A stretch of 64,000 nucleotides of DNA from Monocercomonoides exilis PA203 (Eukaryota > Protista > Preaxostyla), in the NCBI GenBank assembly GCA_001643675.2, contig LSRY02000039.1:682001-746000 (forward strand). Reading direction: 5' to 3'. The translations under genes were made by a program, and so were the position numbers. Numbering within the stretch: position 1 is the stretch's first letter; the number at the start of each line of letters is the position of its first letter. Below the pieces are notes generated by a model, which saw only the letters and a list, made by a program, of their open reading frames with translations, did not search any database and had not been told where the DNA came from. Positions 49,981 through 61,200 of this stretch are shown here, piece by piece.

Positions 49981-52900
49981 TCACAAGAAAAGAACAATAA
50001 CACTCAAGTTGTCTGTCGTGTCCAGCGCATCCGCCGCTGCTCTGAGTCTCGTCGCTGCCAGCTCAGCCAGCTTCCCCTTCGAAATCTTCGCACACTTGCA
50101 ACCATAAGAGCTGGAGATAAGCTTCACATACCGTGGCACTGCTTTTCTGTCTCTCCTTCTCTTCTTCTCTTCAGGTGCTGCTCCAAAAGCATCGTCTTTG
50201 AACTCGTCATCATCTCCTTCACCATCACTTTCTCCTTCTCCACACTCATCTTCCATCTCCATTCTTCTCCTCCTCTCTTCCTCTTTCTCCTTCTCTGCTC
50301 TCTCGTACTCCTCATCCTCCTCTTCTTCTTTATCCTCCCTCGAAAACACTGCATCATTGAACACATCATGCACCCCATCAGCCATCCACGGACAGCAAAG
50401 CTCTGCAATCAGCTGCTCATCCAGCACATCATACAGGCCATCACAGCCAATCACCACTGCCACATCTTCTCTTCTCCACCGCGGATTCGATTGGCGAGAG
50501 AGGGGAGTGCTCAGAGGATGAGGTGAAAGAGAAGGAGGAAGCGAGATAGGGGGAGGAGGAGTGAGACAATAAGGGCATAATGAAGAGGGGAGAGATGAAG
50601 GAGGTGGAAGTGCGTTGGTTGAGCATAGAGAAGAGGAAGAAGAGGTTGTTGAATCCTGCAAATGCATCTGTTGCTGATGGAAAGAGCAAACAGAATTGTG
50701 CCTATTATTATTATTATTAGCAGTACTGTTTATGTTTTTGTTATTAAAATTCATTCTGTACTGATCGTGTGTTGGCGAAGGGAAAGGCCACGAACGAGCG
50801 AGGAAAGCATCCACCAGAGGTGCCAGCGACGGGATGATGTGTGGAAGTGGGAAGATTGTTGAAGGAAGCGCATAATTCATCAGAGGCCGTTGTGGAACAG
50901 ACAGAGCGGTTTGGCTGCTGAAACTGGCGATGGAAGAAGTGTCAGAGAGAGAGGCAGCAGAAGAGGAGGAAGCTAAGCCAGTGCCCAAAATAGGAGAGCC
51001 ACCAGCAAAAGAAGAAGCTACCACAGACGAAAAGACACCAGCGCCGTCTTCTTTCCGGCTGAATGAATTAGTTCTTGCAGGTGTGGCAGCGTCTGTGCTG
51101 AGATTGCTGCCGTAATAAACAGAATGTGCCAAAGAGGAAGGAGAAGAGGAAGGAGAAGAAGATGAATATGAACGAGAAAAGGATGATTGAGATGACGAAC
51201 CAGCATCAATAGCTGTTGAGCGAGCACAAAGCTCCATCATCTTCTCCTTGTCCACACTCAACCCCTTTATTGGGGGCATTCCATTTCTCCTGTTCTCATT
51301 CACCCCGTTCTCCGTCAGAGGCACCTGACATGCCAACGGGAAGCAGTTCTTCTTCGCTGCACAGCCCAAATGCATCCCCTTCCACCTGCTGATTTCATAC
51401 TGATACACATCCGGCTCTGAACTCAGCCCGTTTCCAGCATCAAAATCGCCCATTGTCCGCGCCACTGCCAACGTGCAGTTCAGCCTGTGGTCTCCATTCA
51501 CACACCCTTCTTTGCTCTGGATGTACTCCATCTCCCTCAGATGATGCGGCTTGTGGTCAATTGTCAATGCTTTACCAGTTATAAGCACACCACTTGAAGA
51601 AGGGAAGATTGGCTCACGCAGAAGAGAAGAGGGAGGAGGAGGAGCAGAAGTAGCGCTGTCTGAATAGAGAGGAGTCTGTTTAGAGGCAGAGGGATCAGAA
51701 GATGGATTTGCAGAGGTCTCTTCAGAATCAGAGGTGAATGTGGTGAAAGAGGCAGGGGCGATGGAGGAAGAGGGGTCGGATATGGCGTTGGTGGTTGAAA
51801 GAGAAGAGGAAGTATTTGAAGAAGAAGAGGTGGAAGGAGAAGAAGTGGGAGAATTAGAGATTTGCAGAGAGCTCCTAAGAACAGAGGCAGATCTTGCTCT
51901 GAGGAATGGGAAAGGCACAGGATGAGGGGAAGAGGCAGGGGAAGAGATGGCAGAAACAGCAGAAACAGCAGGAGTGGAAGGAGGAGGGAGAGAAAGCGAT
52001 TGATTGAGAGGAGGAAGTTCGGATGGTGCGAGGGGAGAAGAGGAGGAAGAGGTGGCATCAGAGAATGCGTTGCTCTTTCTTTTGTCAGAAGAAGACGACG
52101 ACGAAGAAGATGATGACGAAGACGATGAAGAAGAAGAAGATGATGACGAAGAGGAAGAAGAAGACGAAGAAGCAGAATTTGACGACGAATGGATCGGAGC
52201 CTTCAGCATCATTGCAGCCAAGCGGTATTGTTCCAATTCGATGAGAGATTTGCTGTTGATTGGGATGGCAGCAGGAGCAGAAGGGTCGAGGTGATAAAAT
52301 GTTGGACACACAAAAGTGGTGGCTGGATCGAGAACTAAGTCATATCCTTTTGAAGAGGAAGAGGAAGAAGATGGAGAAGAGAATGAAGAAGGAGAAGAAG
52401 AGACGGTGGAGAGAGAAGAAGGAGCAAGAAGATGGGGGTGTGCAGGAGTTAAGGAAGAAGACATGGAAGAGGAAACAGAAGAAGGAGAAAACGGAGGTGA
52501 ATGGAGAGAAGGCGAGAGAGAAAGAGAAGGATCCTCTGAAAGTGTGGCTTGTGTTGAGGAAACTGACAGATGCGATGGATGATGTGCTCTTTTCGAAGGA
52601 GAAAGAGGAGTATTAATTGGATTCAGTACATTCTGATTGGAAGATTCCTGATAATTGCTTCCTCTTTCTTTCTCTCTCAAATTTTCTCTTTCTCTTTCTC
52701 TTTCTCTTTCCCCATCTCTTTCTCTCTCGTTCCTCACCAATGGAACAAGTGCTGCTTCAGATCCAGCATTTTCACTATTTGAATAAGAAAGCCCTCTTTC
52801 CTTCACAGACACAGAAACACTGCATTGAGAGTTAAGCATTGTGATGGAGTGAGCAAGAGGAGTTTGAACATCGTCATCATCATCTTCTTCTTCTTCGCTA

Positions 52901-53449
52901 TTGCCTTCACAGTTATCATTGCCATCGTTATTGTTATCACTTTCTCTTCTTTCTCCTTTCCTCTTTCTCATTCTCCTCTCCTCTCTTCTCTTTCTCCTCC
53001 TCTCCTTCTCTCTCTCTTTCACATCCTCCTCTGACACCAAAACGCTTGAATCATACCATCTTGACACAAGAACTGCCCTGCAATCGCCGCAATTCGCGAT
53101 AAACAGACGGGAAGGGGTGACAATCACAACAAGAGCACAGCTTCCGTCTCCCACTTTCAGTCTTCGCATGTCGTCGATGAGGGCTTCGAAGGTGCGGCGC
53201 AGGATGAGAACGAGAAGGGGTTCAGAGGAAGAGGAGGAGGAAGAAGAAGAGGAAGGCGATGATGAATTGGAAGAAGAAGGCAGAAGAGAAGATAACTCTT
53301 GTGATTGAGAAGAAGAAGATGATGACTTCTGGGTGTTAATTTGTTGTTGAGGGTGTTGTTGGTGTTGTTGAGGAGAATCATTATTTTTGAAGAGAGAAGG
53401 AAGATTATCAGAAACCTGTGGGGAAGATAAGGCATTATGAGATGAATGA

Positions 53450-53481
<32 letters not shown>

Positions 53482-55109
53482 ATAAGGAGATAGTGAATTA
53501 TTATTAGTATTATTAGTATTATTATTATTGTTGTTGTTGTTACTAACATAAGCAGAGTCTTGAGGAGGAATCAGAAGAGGAGCAGCAGAAGAAGAAGCCT
53601 TCATTGGAAGAGGAGAAGACAACGAAGAAGAAGAAGAGGAAGAAGAAGATAAAGGAGAAGTAGGAGGAGGTGGGGTTGGTGGAAGCTTTGAAGGGGAAAG
53701 CGGAGAAATCGGAGAAATCGGAGAAACAGGAGGAGGTGTGGGAAGAGGAAGAGAAGGAGGAGAAGGAAGTTCATAGAGAGGAGAAGGAGGAGGGGAAGAA
53801 TCAGAAGAAGAAGCTGATTTCCTTACAGAACGATGTTCATTTGTTTGTGATTGATCAGGAAGAGAGCGAGGAGAGAGAGGAGAAGAATTAGAACGAGAAG
53901 ATGAATGAGAAGAATGCGAAGAGCGAGAAGAAGAGGAAGAGGAAGAAGAAGAAGGATCAATAGAAGGAGAGTAAACAGGAGTGGTGTCTAAGTCAACCAT
54001 TTCATCAGCATCGTCTTCGCTTTCTTCGTCATCATATCCCTCATGCAGAACAACTGTAGCTATTTCACTGCCTTCATATTCATCTTCTTCTTCATTCTCT
54101 TCTTCTTCTTTTTCTTCTTCTTCCTCTTCCTTCTGCTTCTGCTTCATCATCTCTTGCTCATGTATTTGCTGCTCCCACATCCTTCTCCTCTTCTCTTCCT
54201 CTCTTCTCTTCTCCTTCTCCTTCTCTTCTTTCTCTTTCTCTTTCTCCTTCCTCACTTCCTCTGCTGTCTTCACAAATGTATCGACAAAATGTGTGGAAAG
54301 GAACAAAGCAGCTTGTGGGCCATGATGTCCATCAAAAACAGCATAAAGACCACATCCTTTGACTCCTCTGGTGCGATACGGTGGGAATGGAGGGATGGGG
54401 CAAAGGAGAGGAGGATGAAGGCGAGGGCGAGGGTTTTTGGGGGAAGATGAAGAGGAAGAAGATGTTGATAATCTAGAAGCAAAAGTTGAAGATGAAGTTG
54501 TGGCTAACTGTTTTCTATTAAATTGTTGAGGAGGCGGAGAAAGCTCAGAAGCAGAAGCAGAAGAGGAAGAAAAAGCAGAAGAAGAAAGAGTGGAAGAGCG
54601 AGAAAGATGAGAAGTTGGTGTCTGAGGTGGAGATTCGAAAGATTCGTTGATGAAATCAGCAGCAGTGGAAGAGAAGGAGAGAGGAGAAGGAGAACGAAGG
54701 GTGGCAAAGGAAGGAGTTGTGGTTAAGCCAATGGAAGAAGAGGAAGAAGAAGAAGAGGAGGAGGAGGAGGAGGAAAAAGAAGAAGAGGAAGAAGAAGAAG
54801 AAGGAGCAACAGGGAAGAATTGAGAGAAAGAGGAAGGAGCATTGGTGTTATTAGAGGAACGAGGAGAAAGTGGAGAAGAATAAGAAGAAGAAGCAGAATA
54901 AGAAGAATTTCCAGTTATTTCATAGTCCTTCAGTTCTGTTTGCATATACACTCCGTTTTCATCTGTCACATCCACTTTCTTTCTTGTCTCTTCTCTTTCT
55001 CTTTCTCTTTCTCCTCTTTCATCAACAAATCTATTGTTATTTTCTTCTTCATTGTCATCCCCTTCTCTATCTTCACGCAAACTTTGCTTAGAACGCTCAA
55101 ATCCTTTAA

Positions 55110-55148
<39 letters not shown>

Positions 55149-58100
55149 TGCTATCAACTTCTTCTTCATTCATCACTTCATACAAATGAGTCTTTCCTTG
55201 CATCTTCCTCTCCTTCTCCTCTTTCTCTCTTTCTCTTTCTCTTTCTCTTTCTCTTTCTCTTTCTCTTTCTCTTTCTTTCTCCTTCTCCTTCTCTCTTTCC
55301 ATCCATCTTCTCCTTCTCTTCTCCCACAGTCTATCTTCTCTTTCCTCCATCATCCTCCTCCCCTTTGCAGTAAACCTCAATTCCTGCGGGTATTTCAGCA
55401 ACCGCTTCAAAATTCCGAATTCTCCGCTCTCCACCAGCTTCTCCACATCCCAGCCGCCAATGGGGAGAAGAATAACTGTGTCTTCCATTGCCATTCGCAT
55501 TCCATTTGTTTCGGCGCATCCGACGTTGTGCATGGCGAGAGAAGGGAGAGGAGGCGGTGGGGAGAGGGAGGAGGAGCGGGAAGGAGGAGAGGAGGAAGGA
55601 GGAGAAGAAGAGGAGGAAGAGGAGGAAGAGGAAGAGGAGGATGATGATGATGAAGCATGAGCAGATGAAGATGAAATGGAGAGAGGAGAACGAGAACGAT
55701 ATTTAGCTGGGTCGTTTTCTTGGAAAGGAGAAGAAAGAGGAGAGGAAAAGGAAGAAGAAGAAGAAGCAGAAGAAGAGGAAGGAGAAAGTGGAGGTGAAGA
55801 AGAAGAAGAAGAAGAAGCAAGCAAATTGGATTTTGGAGAGGACAAAGAAAGAGAGTGACGAGAAGAAGGGACAGAAGAGACAGAAATTGAGTGGCGAGAA
55901 CGCGAATGTCCGGTTAAAAGACGAGCCGCAAAATTGGCAGGCAAATGAGAGACAAATTCGGCTTCTTCTTCTTTCTCGTTTTCTTTGTTGGGTTCTTTCG
56001 AATTTTCGTTGTTTTTCTCAATTTCTGCTTTTTCTTTGGATTCTTCTCCTGATTCTTCTCTTTCTCTTTCTCCTTCTTTTCCCTTTTCTTTTCCTTCCAC
56101 CCCGACTTCTTCTTCTTCTTTTGCTTGTTGTCTCAACGCATCCAATGACATCACCCGCATCATCAGCATCTTCTTCTCTTTCTTCTTCTCTTTCTTCTCC
56201 TTTTTATCCTTTTTATCTTTTTTATCCTTCTTTTCTTTCTTCTCTTTTTTGTCTTTCTTCTCTTTCTTCTCTTTCTTTTCTGCTGATTCTTCATTCTTTG
56301 ACTCCATTCCATTCGTTTCTTCTGTTATTTCTTCCATTTTTTTGTCTTCTTCTCTTCCTTCCCCTTCTTTTTCTCCTTCTTCTTTTGCAATTTTTTCATT
56401 GTCTTCATCTTCTTCATCATCACTTCCTTTATCTTCTTCTCTTTCTTCGCCTTCTTCCTCTTCTCCTTCCAAAACATCATCATTTTCTTTGATTTCTTCA
56501 ACAGAAGAAGAAATCGAAAGAGGAGAAAGAGGAGGAACGGGAGAAAGCGGAGAAAGCGGAGAAGGAGAAGACAAAGGAGAAGAAAGGGGCATAGGAGAAG
56601 GAGAAAGAGGAGAAGGAGAAGGAGAAGAAGAAGAATTGAGATTAGCAAGAGAAAGAGGAGAAGGAGAAGGGAATGGAGAGTGGGCATATGAATAAGGTGT
56701 TCTCATTGACTGATGGAGAGAAGAGTTGCGGCGGGTGAGACGAGGAATGGAGCGGGAGATGAAGGATTGGGTGGATGAGGGAGAGGGAGAGGGAGAAGGA
56801 GAAGAAGAAGAAGAGGAAGAAGGAGAGGAAGAAGAAGATGATGATGATAATGTTTCGGACTCTATTGAAGATTCTTTCAATACAGTTGGAGCAGAATCAT
56901 CTTCTTGATTATTTTCTGATGAGATTTCTTTCTTTACGTGAACTTCTTTTTCTTTTTCTTTCTCTTTTTCCTTTTCTTCTTCTTCTTCTCCTTTTTCTAT
57001 TTTTTTATCATCATTATTAACAACCTCCTCCAATGCTCTTGAAGGAGGAGGAACAGGAGGTTGCTTCTTAGCAGCTTCAGCTATTCGGCTGCTAAGCTCA
57101 GCTTCACTCACAATCGATGAGTGAGGAGAAGAAGGGAAGGAAGGAGAAGGTGTAGAAGAAGGAGAAGATGATGATGAGGAGGAGGACGGAGAAATCGGAG
57201 AAATCGGAGAAATTGGAGGAGGTGGGGGAGGGGAGAAGGGGGAGGTGCGAGAAGGAGAAGGAGAAGGAGAAGGAGAGGTAGAATGAGAAGAAGATGAGGA
57301 AGAAGTTGGAGAAGACAAAGATTTCTTTGGAGTAATTGAAAAAGCAGCAGCAGCAGAAGAAGAAGAAGAAGAAGACATAAATTGTTGCTGAGGAGTATGA
57401 AACTGAATATCTCTTTCATTTCTCATTTCTCTCTCTCTTCCTGGTGTAGATACAGACAATGCTCTTTTCAATGGAGATTTAGTTTGAGAAGAAGAAGAAG
57501 AGGAAGAAGAAGATGATGATGATAAAGGAAGAGGAGGAGGGGGAGGTGGTGGAGGAGGAGCAGGGGAAGAGGAAGGAGAAGAGGAAGGAGAAAGTGGAGA
57601 AGGAAGAGGAAGAGGTTGAGTGTGAGGGGCTGTTGTGGAGTTATGAGCAGATAATGAACGAGAAGAAGAAGGAGAAAGGGAAAGAGAATGAGAAGAAGAA
57701 GAAGATGATGATGATGAAGACGATGAAAGAGGAGGAGGAGGAGGAGGAGAAACAAACCTCTTTCCATTATTTTCATTACTGGCAACTGTAAACAAAGTGG
57801 AAGAAGGAATAACTCCACTTCCAGAAGAGGAAGAAGAAGAGGAAGAAGAAGGAAAAGAAGAAGAATTTGAAGAAAAAGAAGAGAGAGGAGAAAGAAGAGG
57901 AGAAGTTGGAGGGGTTTTTCTGGTGCTGACAGACAAACTGCGACGAAGACGAGAAAAATTGCCGATGGAAAGAGAACGATGCTTTTCACTTTGAAGAAGT
58001 CGATTGGTCTTTGGAGAGGAAGAGGAGAAGGAAGAAGAAGAAGAAGAAGAAGATGATGATGATGATGAGGATGAGGATGTTGTGGAAGGAGAAGAAGGAG

Positions 58101-58162
58101 TGGAGAGAGAAGTGGAGGATAAAGTGGATGAAGGAGGAGTGAATGACTCAATTTGAGAAGAA

Positions 58163-58248
<86 letters not shown>

Positions 58249-61200
58249 AGAAGAAGAAGAAGAAGAAGAAGAAGAAGAAGAAGAGGAAGAGGAAGAATAA
58301 GTAGCAACTCCAATTGGATATCTAGTTTTTCTGTTGGAAGGCGAAAGAGGACGGAAAGTGGAGAAGATTTCGTCATTTGCTGCAGAAGCGCTGGGACTTT
58401 TAGGACGATTGAGAGAATTCATTGAGAAAGGGGTAGAAGGAGGAGAAAGAAGAGAAGAAGAAGGAGAAGGAGAGGAAGAAGAGAAAGAGGAAGAAGAAGA
58501 AGGAAGATAAGGCGATCTGTGTTCATCTTCGGGTGTGTGGCATTCTCTGATTGAAGGAGAAGGTTCCTGATTGTTCTGTTGAAGCTGCTGCTGCTGTTTG
58601 TAGACTTCAGGGAAGCAGAGAGGGCATAAGGAAGTTAAGAGAGAAGAAGAGGAAGAAGAGGAAGAAGAGGAAGGATTAATGGAGGAAGAAGAAGAAGGAG
58701 AAGGGGAAAAGGGAACCTGTAAGGAGGGTTCAGAGTTGAGAGAAAGAGAAAGAGAGGAAGAAGAAGGAACACTCAAAGAAGGAGAAAGAGGATTTTGTTT
58801 GGAAGAAGAAGAAGAAGAAGAAGGAAGAGAAGAAGGAGGAAGAGGAGGAGTCGAGAAAGAAGAAGCAATGCTGGAGCTGCTGATTGAATTGAGATAAGGA
58901 GAAGAAGAAGGAGAAGAAGCGGGAGAATGAGAAGGAGAGAGAGAAGAAGAAGAAGAGGAAAGAGAAGAAGGTGTGCTGTTGATACGAGGAGAATATGGAA
59001 CAGAATAAGAAGAAGAGGAAGAAGAGGAAGAAGGAGAGGAAGAAGGAGAAGAAGCAGGAGAAGAAGAAGAAATTGCAAGAGAAGGAAGCTGAAACTGCTG
59101 ATATGGAAGAGGAGATGAATAAGGAGTGGCAATTTGTGTGTTTGCTGTTGAATGCGATGTTAAATTTCCATTTTCTTTTTGTTCTGATTGAATTTCTCTT
59201 ATTTGATTGGCATAAATCTCATTAAAAGCATCACTTTTTCTCACAGAAAACAGATTTCTTCCTTCTCTTTCTCTTTCTCTTTCTCTTTCTCTTTCTCCTT
59301 CTTCTCCTCTTCCATATTTATCTTCTCTATTAGAATTAACATCATAATCATAGAAATCTTCATCATTTTCTGACCCACAATCCAAAGACGCTGGTATATG
59401 TGGCATGTTTTCCTCTGCTTCTTCCATCTCTTTCTCTTTCCTTCTGATTTCTTCCTCTTCTTCTCTCTCTTTCTCTTTCTCTTTCTCCTTTTCCTCTTCT
59501 TCTTTATTAAGACTAAGATTGGTATTAGCATTTCCTTTACCAACAGTTGCAATATTTTCTTTCTCTTCTCCAATCGAAGGAGAGGAGGAAGAAGAAGCAA
59601 TAGAAGAAGAAATAGAAGAAGAAGAAGAAGAAGAAGAAGAAGAAGGAGAAGAAGAAGAAGAAGAAGAAGGTGAAGGTGAAGAAGAAGAAGAAGTTGTTAC
59701 ATTTTTATTTTCATTGGAATTTAACTCCATTCTCTTATCTGCTGGCTGTGGAGTTAACAGCTTATCAGCATCAACAAGCATTGAAGATACAGAAGAAGAA
59801 GAAGAAGAAATAGAAGGAGAAGCCAAAGAAGAAGAAGTATTTGAAGAAGAAGGAGAAGAAACAACAGAAGCCAACGAAGACAACGAAGCAACCGAAGCAG
59901 AATGCAAATGTTTCAGTCTGCTGTTCATAAGCACATCATTTCCCAATCTTATGCTTCCTCTCCTCTTCCCCCCTTTCTTCTTCTGCTCCTCTTCCATATC
60001 TCCGCTCGGCCACACCCCTTTCTTCTTCAACCTCTCCATCTCCCTCTCTCTCTCCCTCATTCTCCTCTCTTTTCTCCTCTTCCTCATCTTCAAACACTCT
60101 TCATCAAATAGAGCTGCTCCTCCAAGTGTCCAGAACGGCCAGCGATCTAATGGAAGAGCAGAGGAAGAAGAGCAACGAAGGAGAAGAGGCTGAGAAGAAG
60201 AAGCATCAGACAGGAAAGAAAGAGATTTGTATGTGAGAGAGGAAGAGAAGTGGGAATATAAACGAGGGGCGAAGGGGGAGCGGAGGGGGAAGCGATGAGC
60301 TGAGGCTGCTTCGAAGATTAAGGATTCATAGGTTTTGAGGGGAGGAGGAGGAGGAAGGGGGAGAGAGGAAGAGGAAGAATTTGAAGAATTTGAAGAAGAA
60401 GAAAGAGATTTTGGAGTGGAAAAGAGGGAGATTTGAGGAGATGAGATGGATGAAGGATCAGGAGAGGAGAAGAGAGAAGGAGAAGGAGAAGAAGAAGAGG
60501 AGGAGGAGGAGGTTGATGATGATGATGATGATGATGAATTGGGTTGTTGAGAAGGAGAAAGAGGAGTAGAAATTGTGGAAGAAGAAGGGGAGGAAGAGGA
60601 GGAAGAAGAAGAGAAATTAGATGAAGAAGATGAAGAAGAAGCATTATTGCTATTACTATTGTTATTATTCTGTTGAGCCTGGAGTGTGTCAATGATATGC
60701 TGCAGAGGAGGAAGAAGAGATAACCTCAGATCTCTCTCATGATGGCTGACTTCTCTATCTGGAACAAGAGAATCCAAAATGTCTTCCTCTTTCTCCTCTT
60801 TCCCCGCTGTTTCGAACCATTTCGCTAGTTTTCTGTTCGATTTTAGCAGTTTTTTGTTATCTTTTTCGTTTGCTTCGTCTTCTCTTTTGTTGTTTTGTTC
60901 TTGAGAAATGGTATTAATCTTATTAATGTTCATTATAGATAGAGAATTTGCATTTTGTGGAGTGGAGATAGGGGTAGAAAGAGAAGAGGAAAGAGAAGAG
61001 GAAGAAGAGGAAGAAGAGGAAGAAGAGGAAGAAGAGGAAGAAGAGGAAGAAGAGGAAGAAGAGGAAGAAGGCGAAGAAGTGAGAGAAAGAGAAAGAGAAG
61101 AATGAACAGAAGGAACAGAAGAAGAAGAAGAAGAAATCGAAGAAGAAGAAGAAGAAGCAACAGAAGCACCAGCTTGTGATTCCAAAGTTGCGCACAGCTC

